This document shows positions 30,502 through 39,865 of a stretch of DNA of 64,000 nt, in pieces (the first letter of the stretch is position 1; each line of letters begins with the position of its first letter). The stretch is from Promethearchaeota archaeon (GTDB taxonomy: Archaea > Asgardarchaeota > Lokiarchaeia > Sigyniarchaeales > SOKP01), in the NCBI GenBank assembly GCA_048938855.1, contig JBHLLT010000001.1:416124-480123 (forward strand), written 5' to 3'. The notes under the pieces are model-generated. The model did not search any database, was not told the origin of the DNA, and saw only the letters and a program-made list of their open reading frames with translations. A program made the position numbers and the translations under genes.

Positions 30502-31839
30502 TCACTTGAATTCTTTTTTGTGTTCCCAATCAAAATCAACTTTAATAAACCTTCTGGAATATAAATAAGCACCAATTAAAATCAATGAGCAAATAGGACC
30601 CCACCAGATAAAAAATAGATTTCCTAGAAGAAAGCTTAAACCCGATGAAAAAAGTAAGCCTATCGCTTGGAAAATATTAAGTATTATACTAGAAAACCCA
30701 CGATATAAACCTGCTTTTAACTCCCCAGTCGATTTTTCATCATCTTCTGCGAGATCTGCATAGATTATATAAGGGAATAAATTCCAACCGCCAATAGAAG
30801 CAACTACTCCAATTATAAAGATAATTCCATATATTAGATATGTTTCCATTGGAATTAAACTTATTAATGTAAAGGGTAGCACAATAATTGCGAAGAGAAA
30901 AAGATATAGCAGACTCTTTTTTTTACCCAACCTTTCTATCAGTTTTCGCCAAAGATAAAGGAAAAAAAGAACCCCGAAAATAATGATTGAACCTCCAATT
31001 ATGAACTGCAAATTATCAAAATTTAAAATATCGGTTAAAAAGGCTAGCATCGTTGGTGTTACAATTGACCATGCAATACTCGCAAATCCTTGCATGAAAT
31101 TAAAAGACAAATAGTTTTTATTTTTAATAATAGCCTTTAAATTACTAATTAGAGTCGTTTTGATTTTGTAATATGGTTCTGTTGGCATCAAAATAGCTAC
31201 AAGATAAAATAATGGAATTGTGATAATTCCAAATATTAATACACCAAGTAAAAAATTATAAGGTAAAACACTTGGATTTAATTCTACTTGAGCAGCAAAA
31301 TCTGTTAATACCAATAAAGTAAAAATTTCGCCTATTCCTGCACCAAGATAGATAAAAAGATTTATGAACTGTGAAGCTTTAGGACGATCACCAACTTGGA
31401 ACTGCTCCGCCATCCATGCATTATGTACTGTTGTCACTCCATAACTTGCTTGAAAAAGTACATCCCATACCAATAACCAAGTAAATAAGGCGGTTGTATT
31501 TGAAATTGATAAAAACTGATTAGGAATTAGTAAGAATATAAATGAAATTGCGAGGAGAGGGCTTAATATTATTAAATATGGTTTTCTTCTTCCCCATTTA
31601 GTATATTTAGCATCACTTAACCAACCTAAAAGAAATTGAGAAAGGGCAATACTGAGTTTTCCTAAACTAGTAGCCAAGAAGGTTTGCCAAGCAGGCAAAT
31701 TAAACCCTATACTGTAAAGGGTTAGTAAGGCAAAATCTACTATAGTCAAAAGAATATTTGTTCCTAGTCGAGGTGTACCAAAAAGTATAAATTTTTTTAG
31801 TTTTCCACTATTTCTTTGTTCTATATCAAATTCAGTCAT
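30502..31839 (-). CDS. MFS transporter, GPH/MelB family
   Basis: GWLSD...TKWGRRKPY, AD..E.DE..TGE.KAG.Y. Confidence 0.9.
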   Translation of the reverse strand: MTEFDIEQRNSGKLKKFILFGTPRLGTNILLTIVDFALLTLYSIGFNLPAWQTFLATSLGKLSIALSQFLLGWLSDAKYTKWGRRKPYLIILSPLLAISFIFLLIPNQFLSISNTTALFTWLLVWDVLFQASYGVTTVHNAWMAEQFQVGDRPKASQFINLFIYLGAGIGEIFTLLVLTDFAAQVELNPSVLPYNFLLGVLIFGIITIPLFYLVAILMPTEPYYKIKTTLISNLKAIIKNKNYLSFNFMQGFASIAWSIVTPTMLAFLTDILNFDNLQFIIGGSIIIFGVLFFLYLWRKLIERLGKKKSLLYLFLFAIIVLPFTLISLIPMETYLIYGIIFIIGVVASIGGWNLFPYIIYADLAEDDEKSTGELKAGLYRGFSSIILNIFQAIGLLFSSGLSFLLGNLFFIWWGPICSLILIGAYLYSRRFIKVDFDWEHKKEFK

Positions 31840-31972
31840 AATAGTTCATAGAACTTGTAACATTAATTTTAAAATTATATATAGATTGGAGTCAAAATTA
31901 TTTAAAAGTTTAAAAATTAAATTAATTTTAGCAAAAAAACTGTAATTGTAGCACCGTAGAAAGTATGTAAGA

Positions 31973-32953
31973 TTAATCCTCTTCTTCCCATCCAAGATCT
32001 CTTAGAACAGACCCAAGTGCTTCTGATTCTTCTTCTAAAACAAATTCAGTATCATATTCAGAAGCAGAAACTTCAGATTCAAAATCTGGAGGTCCTAATT
32101 CTTCAAAGGAGGGTAATTCATCGAGTGGAGGTAGTTGTTTAGTAGGTACAGGTTCTTCTATAACAGGAGCTCTTTCTTCAGAGATAGATTCACCTTCAAT
32201 TTCCATTGGAGTATAATCTTCTAAGGGAATCGGAGGAACTTCATCTTCATATACTTTAAATTTGCTTTCTGCGGACACACTTTCCACCACAGGAGGTTGA
32301 GTTTCAGTGACTGCTTTCACTTCTTTATCAAGTCCTAAACCTACTGATTTTGGAATAGAAACAATACCACTTTCAGTAGTTGGTTCTAGTTCTTCAAACT
32401 CGTCGTCACCTCTTTCCCATTCATCTAAAAAACCAAGTAAGTCATCTAAAGCTTCTTTATCTTGTTTTACTGAGGGTTTTATTATAGGTTTAGCTTCTTC
32501 TTCGAATTTTTGCTTCTCTATTTTTTCTAACTCAGATACTTCGAGGGAAAGCATCATTTCAGTAACTTGATCACCTGAAATTAACCTATTTAATTTTCTT
32601 GCTAATTCTCTTAAATAACCTAAATAGTATCCAATTCGATAAATTTGAGAAAGCCCTCCAAATACAATATATTCGTCATTAATCGCCATTAAAATACTAT
32701 ATCCTGATGTGTTATGCAAAATTATTTCAGTCAATGCACCATGAACAGTAGCTTGATTTAATCTTAATCCTAAATCAATTAATGCAGTACTAGATGCAGA
32801 AGTGGCATCAGCATCTAATTCTGAAGAAGTTGAACTAGCTACTTTCATTCCTACTCGAGATAAAACTGCTAGGTTCTCTAAATCTGTTTTATGTTCCTCC
32901 TCTTTTAAAAGAAACATCATATTTTTACGAATATCTTCAGCAATTGTAGACAA
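31973..32953 (-). CDS. Roadblock/LC7 domain protein with a long acidic, Pro-rich tail
   Basis: LAVLSRVGMKVAS, SASSTAL...G.L.EIIL....GY; about 190-aa E/D/P-rich C-terminus. Confidence 0.78.
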   Translation of the reverse strand: MSTIAEDIRKNMMFLLKEEEHKTDLENLAVLSRVGMKVASSTSSELDADATSASSTALIDLGLRLNQATVHGALTEIILHNTSGYSILMAINDEYIVFGGLSQIYRIGYYLGYLRELARKLNRLISGDQVTEMMLSLEVSELEKIEKQKFEEEAKPIIKPSVKQDKEALDDLLGFLDEWERGDDEFEELEPTTESGIVSIPKSVGLGLDKEVKAVTETQPPVVESVSAESKFKVYEDEVPPIPLEDYTPMEIEGESISEERAPVIEEPVPTKQLPPLDELPSFEELGPPDFESEVSASEYDTEFVLEEESEALGSVLRDLGWEEED

Positions 32954-33032
32954 TTATTTTCCCACCTTATTAGAATAAAGATTGAATACTTTTTTTTAGG
33001 CTTTAAATTTATGTATAAATAGAAAGTCTATT

Positions 33033-33770
33033 TTAATATATTTTATCATCACTCTCTTTTAAAAAATTTAACAAATTCATCTGAGTTGAACCTGATTTTT
33101 CAATTTTATCAAAAGAATATCCTGATAATTGACTTATAAGTGTCTTCATTTTAAGGATTACATCTTCCGGAGTCAAATTTTCTGTGTCGATTGTAAAAAC
33201 TGATTCATTATTTGCTAAAAATTGCTTGTAAAATGAAATGATTCTTAATAGATATTCTCTATCATCCTCGTTCCATTCCTTTCTTATTTTTTCTAAGGAA
33301 CCTCTTTGGATAATCCTTTTCATAATTGTATTTGGTTCAGCGCTTAAATAGAATATGTAATTTTCTTTCCATTCTATTGATTTGTACGTGTCTAAAATAA
33401 GATTATAGTCCTTTTCTTTTAAATTCAAACTCTTAGAATAAATTAAAACACATAATGGAGTTCGATCTAAAATTATAATTCTACCATTATATTTATTATC
33501 GAAATTTACTACATTCTGATTGCGTCTAATAAGTTGTTGAAGAAAATGAAGTTCACTTCTAAATCCAATTTGTTTGTCAGATGAACCAAATGGGAAAGGA
33601 GGTTTTTTTACATATCTTTCAGGGAAAAATTTGAATTTGTTATTATCTTTCACCTTTTTATCTTTTTTAAATAGGTTGAATACAGTTGTTTTGCCAACCC
33701 CATGTACTCCAGCAATTGAGATTATGATATTATCCTTACTCCCTTTATTTCTATATAATTGTTTGCCCAA
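33033..33770 (-). CDS. Deoxynucleoside/thymidylate kinase family P-loop kinase with C-terminal PIP box
   Basis: IAGVHGVGKTT, ILDR, YL.A....I.KRI..RG; QMNLLNFL. Confidence 0.82.
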   Translation of the reverse strand: MGKQLYRNKGSKDNIIISIAGVHGVGKTTVFNLFKKDKKVKDNNKFKFFPERYVKKPPFPFGSSDKQIGFRSELHFLQQLIRRNQNVVNFDNKYNGRIIILDRTPLCVLIYSKSLNLKEKDYNLILDTYKSIEWKENYIFYLSAEPNTIMKRIIQRGSLEKIRKEWNEDDREYLLRIISFYKQFLANNESVFTIDTENLTPEDVILKMKTLISQLSGYSFDKIEKSGSTQMNLLNFLKESDDKIY

Positions 33771-33902
33771 ATTACTTACTCCAAACCTATTAGACTAAAT
33801 CATGTTAATAAAACTATGGTTAAAATAAAAAATAAATCTAGAGATTATTGATTTATTATATTTTATTAAATTTTATATTTAGGGGGTAATGATAAGGTTA
33901 AA

Positions 33903-34955
33903 TTAGAGAAGGATAAGAATAATCGAAATTATATTATTCAAGAGCCCAGCTATAATCGTATTATATAGATTTTGATTTATTTCATAAATAAATCCAAGCA
34001 AGATGTATGATAGGAAATAAAATAAAAAGAAGTAGATTCCAATTGGAAGTGTGAAAAACAACATAAGAAGTGAATAAACTGAAGCAACTATCAGAATTAC
34101 AATATAATTATTTTTAAATCTTTGTTTTAATGTATTGTGTAAAACCCCCCGAAAAGCAATTTCTGAAAAGGTTGTAACTCCACATAAAGATAATATTAGA
34201 AGTATATTCCAAAGTAATCCGGAATCTCTTATTACTTGATTATATGCTTCAATCCTAGGTGTAATATTAAAAACGTCTAAACCTAAATCTGATATGAAGC
34301 CAAAAAACTGATCAGAAAAGAAATTGAGTAATAATAACATCAGAGCTCCTAAAATACCGATTATTAATGCTAAAGGAATCTTTTTCGATTCAGAACGAAA
34401 TCCTAATTTGGTAAAACTATGCTTTTTGTTATAAATATACCATAGTGGATATATGCCAAATAACAATTCAGGAAGATAACTCAGTAATATTAGTTCAATA
34501 GTAGGAGTAGCTGATTCTGGTTGGAATAAAAATGTTGCTAATAAAAAATATACAATTATTAATATGTAAATACATGTACCAAAAACATTTAATCCCTCTT
34601 TTAAGTTCCAAGTATCCTTCCTTAGAATGAACTTCTGTTCAGGTTCAAGTTTTTTATTAGTAAAAATCAATCCAGGTTTTTTTTGAACAATACCCTTTCT
34701 AATTTCAGAAATTTTCTCTAATTTAGCATTACATATTGGACATTGATCCAAGACTGTTGATGTTATTATAGACTTACAATTTGGACAAGTTCTTGAAACT
34801 CCTTTTTCTGAAATAGGGTGAGGTTCTGGAATATTCTTCCCAGGTGCAATCTTAATAATTAGTTTACCGCAATTCGGACAATATGTCTTACTTTCTGTTA
34901 CATCTGCCCCACAGAAAACACAATACTTAATTTTTTTCTGGTTTCCTTTTGACAT
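33903..34955 (-). CDS. Double zinc ribbon + degenerate CPBP membrane domain protein
   Basis: CVFC/CPNC/CPNC/CPIC; SEIAFRG replaces EExxFRG and both His motifs are lost. Confidence 0.8.
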   Translation of the reverse strand: MSKGNQKKIKYCVFCGADVTESKTYCPNCGKLIIKIAPGKNIPEPHPISEKGVSRTCPNCKSIITSTVLDQCPICNAKLEKISEIRKGIVQKKPGLIFTNKKLEPEQKFILRKDTWNLKEGLNVFGTCIYILIIVYFLLATFLFQPESATPTIELILLSYLPELLFGIYPLWYIYNKKHSFTKLGFRSESKKIPLALIIGILGALMLLLLNFFSDQFFGFISDLGLDVFNITPRIEAYNQVIRDSGLLWNILLILSLCGVTTFSEIAFRGVLHNTLKQRFKNNYIVILIVASVYSLLMLFFTLPIGIYFFLFYFLSYILLGFIYEINQNLYNTIIAGLLNNIISIILILL

Positions 34956-35079
34956 TGCTCTTATTCTACTCTAAATCTAGATTATAATGTTATTTTGTAA
35001 ATTATATAAACTAGAAATTATATAATTTTTGTTTACATTTTATTCATTTAATCGGATATTACATTCAATTGATTTTATC

Positions 35080-35466
35080 ATGCTTAAAAAATTTTTCAAA
35101 AGAAGAATTAATGAGATACATCAAAAATATAAGGATAAAAAACTTCTGCTTGTAGATGATATCTCTAACTTTTTTGGATTAGAATCATCAGGAGTTTTGA
35201 AGGTTCGGGGGAATGGGGTTTTATTACTTACAGAAGAAGAATTATTTTTTGGAATGTGGAAACCTAAAATAGACTTAGTAATTTCTATTAAATCTATTAT
35301 TGAGGTTTTAAATCCAAAATCCCATATGCATAGATCGATGTTTCAACCTTTATTGAAGGTAGTTTTTACTAATGATAATGGTGTAGTCGATTCAGCTGCT
35401 TGGTATGTACGAAAATTAGATGATTGGAATAAAGCCTTTAATAAATTAATTCTGAAAGATAGATAA
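35080..35466 (+). CDS. Hypothetical protein, possibly PH/GRAM-like fold
   Basis: GVLLLTEEELFF...ISIKSI.EV pattern with terminal W-containing helix. Confidence 0.6.
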   Translation: MLKKFFKRRINEIHQKYKDKKLLLVDDISNFFGLESSGVLKVRGNGVLLLTEEELFFGMWKPKIDLVISIKSIIEVLNPKSHMHRSMFQPLLKVVFTNDNGVVDSAAWYVRKLDDWNKAFNKLILKDR

Positions 35467-35469
35467 CAA

Positions 35470-36717
35470 TTAATTATCATTTTGCTGCTTTGCATTCTTT
35501 TTTGCAATATTTGCTACTTCCATTAGTAAAAGTCCATGATAATAAGAAATAGAATCAAAAAACCCTTCTCCTAAATCTGATTTACCTGCATGAATTAATG
35601 CCATTTGAGCGTTTAAAGCTGCTCTCATTAAAATTTCAACTCCTTTGTAAATTAAATTTGGAGACCAAGTTTTATTGTATGGATTGGACCACCAGGTGGG
35701 ACAAGAGTAAATTCCACGATTGTAATAATATCTAGCAGTGTTGTAGTAGTTTTCAATTTCCCAATCTTTTGTAAGGTCTATCGTATCTGCTATACTCATA
35801 AGATTATTCAAACTTCTCATCAGTTTCCAATAAAATTTATGAACACTGTTATCAGGGTGATCCCAGAGGGGGTATGGAATTCCTGCTTTTAAATCTTCAT
35901 AAGTTGTACTCCAACTTGATTCTCGTGGAATAATTTTTTTCTTAGCTAAGGGAAAATGGAGATCCAAGTCGGATATAAAAATTGTCTTTAGATTTTTATG
36001 TTGGCCTATTAATTCTAGAACTGTACCTAAGAAAGTTCTATGATAATTTTTTATATGGTGCCCAAAAGTTTCTCCATCTAAGGCAGTTAAAATATAAGTT
36101 GAGTTATCTTTTTCTTTGTTTTTATGAACTGATTTAATATCACTTACAAATTTTTTTGGAGAAATATCCTTAAAAGCTATTTTATTGCTTAATATGTCAT
36201 CCCTAAAGAATAATTGAAGTCCATTTGGAGAGGTGAAGATTTTATCGTATGGCCATTCTACAGGACATGCAATTCCGCTCATTATAACCCATTTATAGCC
36301 TAGCTGACGAAGAAATTTCGCAATACTTCCTGAAATTGCCAATTCTGGTGGAAAGAAACCTTTTCTTTCCCATTGTCCGAATTCTTTCGTATTTATTTCT
36401 TCATTCATTTGAATTTGATGTAAAGCTTCTTTTTCAGGGATTAAAGGGAGGATTGGATGGAACTTTGCCGTTCCAACTATTTCAATTTTGTTTTCAGATA
36501 CTAAATTTTTCAGTAAATCCATTGTGTCAGACAAACCAAATTCATAAAATAACTCAATAAGGATCCCATTAATATTAAGAGAAAATTTTGCATTATCAAA
36601 TTCTTCTAGCAATGAAAACAGTGGCTTGTAACATTCTTTGTCTATAGTTCTTAGAACTTTAGGATCCTGTGTTGGGGGTTGATAAATGTGAAGTAAAGGT
36701 GCCCAATAAGTTATCAA
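35470..36717 (-). CDS. Glycoside hydrolase family 57 protein
   Basis: HIYQP, HPILPL, GFFPPELA, LDGETFGHH, SSW. Confidence 0.93.
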   Translation of the reverse strand: MITYWAPLLHIYQPPTQDPKVLRTIDKECYKPLFSLLEEFDNAKFSLNINGILIELFYEFGLSDTMDLLKNLVSENKIEIVGTAKFHPILPLIPEKEALHQIQMNEEINTKEFGQWERKGFFPPELAISGSIAKFLRQLGYKWVIMSGIACPVEWPYDKIFTSPNGLQLFFRDDILSNKIAFKDISPKKFVSDIKSVHKNKEKDNSTYILTALDGETFGHHIKNYHRTFLGTVLELIGQHKNLKTIFISDLDLHFPLAKKKIIPRESSWSTTYEDLKAGIPYPLWDHPDNSVHKFYWKLMRSLNNLMSIADTIDLTKDWEIENYYNTARYYYNRGIYSCPTWWSNPYNKTWSPNLIYKGVEILMRAALNAQMALIHAGKSDLGEGFFDSISYYHGLLLMEVANIAKKNAKQQNDN

Positions 36718-36788
36718 TTAAATTCCATCCATTTTTTTCATTTTTTACTTTAAATTTTAAAATAAATAATATTCCCATAATTTAAATT

Positions 36789-37904
36789 CTACTTTTCTAT
36801 TATGGTTTCTTTTATAAAGGTACCAAAATGTGTTGCTCCAGATCCAAGGTGGACAAGAATATTATCTCCAATTTTTATATCAACAACAGTTCTAGCTTTA
36901 CCATCAACTCCAATTAGTCGAACTGTTTCGGCATTTTGGCATATGCAACTTAATTGAATTTTTTTATCTTGGTCTATAGCTTCCAGTTCAAATCTAAGCA
37001 TTGGACGTGTTTCTACTTTTATTCTTCCTATAAATACAATTCTAGCATCTCCTTCAGAATTTACTGCTAAAATCTTATCTCCTCCTTTTAATTCACTCAG
37101 ATACTTTGTTCGATAAGTTTTATTTGGATCATCATCAGGTACTAAGATATAAGCTGAAACATCACCAGCATTAACACGAAATGGTCTGGGAGAAATAAAT
37201 TGATTTTTAAGTGTCTCAGAATGAATCAAACAAAACCCTTTTGCCGTTGAACCAACTAGTAATCCCTCTCCTTCATTTAGAAGTGATGTAGTGTCCACAC
37301 ACACTCTTTCACTTTCAGTTATAGTTTGAATTTTCTTAACTGTTGCATTAGTTAATTCTAAATGATATTTTAAGTTTAGGAGATTTTTCAATTCAATAAT
37401 TTCAGCGATACTTTTTGGTTTGATCATGATTCCATCAACACCAATTTCAAGTGTCTTTAGCATAGTCTCTGCTTCTTTTATGGTTTTAACTGAAGCTATT
37501 AGTTCAGTATCGTATGTATGTAATTCAGCTATAAGATTTTCGATAGGAATTATTTTCCAGTTACTTGTGGAGACAATAATAAGATCCACATTTCTACTTC
37601 TTGCTATTTCAATAATTTCTTTTTCGTCTTCTTTAGTTTTTAATTCAAAGAGAACTCCGAGACTTTTATTCTCTTGCTTTTGAAGAATTAAATTGTCCAT
37701 TAATTTTTCTTTATATTCATATATTAAGTATTTAGTAGGAATAAGAGTATTTTTGGAATATAGATTAAACCTCTTAAATTTCTCAAATTCTTTAAAAGTC
37801 TCCTGAGATACAAAAAAATTAAAAAAATTTCTATTTATAGCTTCTTGGACTAGATCCTTAAAAATTTCATTTTTGGATTCAAAATCTAGAATGACTTTTT
37901 TCAT
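36789..37904 (-). CDS. 3-dehydroquinate synthase type II
   Basis: WKIIPIENLIA, RVCVDT, RPFRVNAG, QNAETVRL, HFG..I.E.IIEK. Confidence 0.95.
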   Translation of the reverse strand: MKKVILDFESKNEIFKDLVQEAINRNFFNFFVSQETFKEFEKFKRFNLYSKNTLIPTKYLIYEYKEKLMDNLILQKQENKSLGVLFELKTKEDEKEIIEIARSRNVDLIIVSTSNWKIIPIENLIAELHTYDTELIASVKTIKEAETMLKTLEIGVDGIMIKPKSIAEIIELKNLLNLKYHLELTNATVKKIQTITESERVCVDTTSLLNEGEGLLVGSTAKGFCLIHSETLKNQFISPRPFRVNAGDVSAYILVPDDDPNKTYRTKYLSELKGGDKILAVNSEGDARIVFIGRIKVETRPMLRFELEAIDQDKKIQLSCICQNAETVRLIGVDGKARTVVDIKIGDNILVHLGSGATHFGTFIKETIIEK

Positions 37905-38056
37905 AGTGCTTAAATATTGGTCTATACTAAACTTTTTTGATGAGAATTATTTTATAATATTATACTAAATAATATTAAATTTTTAAGTCTAAAAAATTAT
38001 TTAACATATATAATCAGATAATATAAAATTAAAGTTCTAAATGGTGTATTGATAAA

Positions 38057-38707
38057 ATGGGGTTAAAAAAGAAACTATTTCCACGTAAAAGTAAAGAAAA
38101 AGACGACTTAGTAGCAAAAGCTAAAGGTCATATTCATAGATTGAATATGATGAACAAGAATTATAATAAAAGAGCAGAAATAAGCAGAAAAAACGCAAAG
38201 ATTGCTTTAAAGCGGGGTGAAAAGGATCGTGCAAAAACTTATTTAGTACAATATAAGGCATATCAAATGAAAGTTGACCGTAGTAACAATATCCGATTAA
38301 AGATTGAGAGACAGATTCAAGCAATTGAAGAAGGAATGCTTATATCACAAACAGGTGATGTAATGGGGGGGATTAGAGATGAATTAGAATATATAGCAAC
38401 AAAAGCATCCCCTACAAAAGTTGCTGAGATAGCTGAAGATTCTGAAGCATATGTTGCAGAAATCGAAGAAGCAGCCGACATTTTAGGTGGTGATCCAGAA
38501 ATTGATCTTGCAATTGATGTTACTGATGAATTAAACCAACTTGAAACGGAAATGCTCCTAGAACAAGGGGGAACTATGCCTGAAATTCCTGCTGATGATC
38601 TACAATATATACCTGAATATGATCTTGAAGAAGAGGAAGCTGAACTCAAATCGAAAGATCAACTAAAAGACGAGATCGATAAACTTAGAAAAGAATTGGA
38701 AGGATAA
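38057..38707 (+). CDS. ESCRT-III protein, Snf7/Vps20/32/60 group
   Basis: Basic N-terminal hairpin AK.ALKRG.K.RAK.YL, QIQAIE, acidic C-half with DELNQLE, terminal amphipathic helix. Confidence 0.85.
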   Translation: MGLKKKLFPRKSKEKDDLVAKAKGHIHRLNMMNKNYNKRAEISRKNAKIALKRGEKDRAKTYLVQYKAYQMKVDRSNNIRLKIERQIQAIEEGMLISQTGDVMGGIRDELEYIATKASPTKVAEIAEDSEAYVAEIEEAADILGGDPEIDLAIDVTDELNQLETEMLLEQGGTMPEIPADDLQYIPEYDLEEEEAELKSKDQLKDEIDKLRKELEG

Positions 38708-38767
38708 CTCATTTTAACGTAAATTTCTTTTACTTTTTGGAATTAATCCTAATCATTTTAATAATGA

Positions 38768-39787
38768 CTACTTTAATTCTTTCAAAGCAAGAACCATATT
38801 TTTTACTTTATTGATTGCAATTTCATATCCATCTTTTTCTCCAAAAACTTTTAAAGGAAGGAAACCACAATCTGGTTTAATAATTAGATTCTCTCTTCCA
38901 TACAAATCGATGCCCTTTTTGATGAATTTTTTGATAGAATCAATTTTTTCTACATAATCTTCAATTTTCTTATTCAATATTGGTGTAAATTTAGATTCAA
39001 CAGTTCCCATTGCTAATAATTTATCTGTTCCTTGGAAATGTTTTTTCTCATATATCTTAAAATTTTCCTGATTTGTGGTAAATTCATGATCTAAAATATT
39101 TACATTTGTTTTTAAGAGAAGGTCTCGTAGATAAGGACTAATTCTTCCACAAACATGTATTGAGGATAATCCTTTTATTCCAGATATAGCTTTATTAATA
39201 GTTTTAATGATAAAATCCTCTGTATGAAATAAAATCCTCTTCCCTATTAATAATCCTAGTACAGGTTCATCACATGAAATAATGTCTATATTCATTTCAC
39301 TATAAGCAGTTGCTATTTGCTTAATTACTTGAGCAAACGTATCAACAATCCAATCTACCATTACTGCTCTTGGTTCTTCGAAAATTATTGGTTTTAAACC
39401 TTTAGCAATATCATTTTTTAGTATTGTTTCGAATGCTAAGGTGAAGGGTCCGGTTATGCAAGCTTTTGTACCTTGTATAGAACTCTTTAGTTCTGGACGT
39501 TCAGTAAAATAATTGGTAATAAATTTTCCATATTCAAGGGCAATAGGTTCCTTAGGTTTATTAAATTCACCTGATAGATAAAATTTATCATCAATTTCTT
39601 CTAATTGAGGGACAATCTTTGATAATGGAGACAAAAATTGATAGGTCATGGATAAAAGTTGAGGGTAACAAGGGTAATCAATGCCAATTTGAATTAAATC
39701 ATCAAAAACCTTTAGCATATTGTTTAAAGTATTTTCTAAAGGCCAGCTTCCAACTAAAGTTGTAAATAATCCTTCCTTCTTATCCAT
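38768..39787 (-). CDS. Single-barrel (core) methionine synthase, MetE catalytic domain
   Basis: VGSWP, KACITGPFTL, DEP, IHVCG, HEF, PDCG. Confidence 0.85.
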   Translation of the reverse strand: MDKKEGLFTTLVGSWPLENTLNNMLKVFDDLIQIGIDYPCYPQLLSMTYQFLSPLSKIVPQLEEIDDKFYLSGEFNKPKEPIALEYGKFITNYFTERPELKSSIQGTKACITGPFTLAFETILKNDIAKGLKPIIFEEPRAVMVDWIVDTFAQVIKQIATAYSEMNIDIISCDEPVLGLLIGKRILFHTEDFIIKTINKAISGIKGLSSIHVCGRISPYLRDLLLKTNVNILDHEFTTNQENFKIYEKKHFQGTDKLLAMGTVESKFTPILNKKIEDYVEKIDSIKKFIKKGIDLYGRENLIIKPDCGFLPLKVFGEKDGYEIAINKVKNMVLALKELK

Positions 39788-39865
39788 ATGATATATTATT
39801 ATGACAAAAATATAAATTTAGAATAAAAAATAATGTAAATTTTGCATAAAGCTTGAAACAAAATT

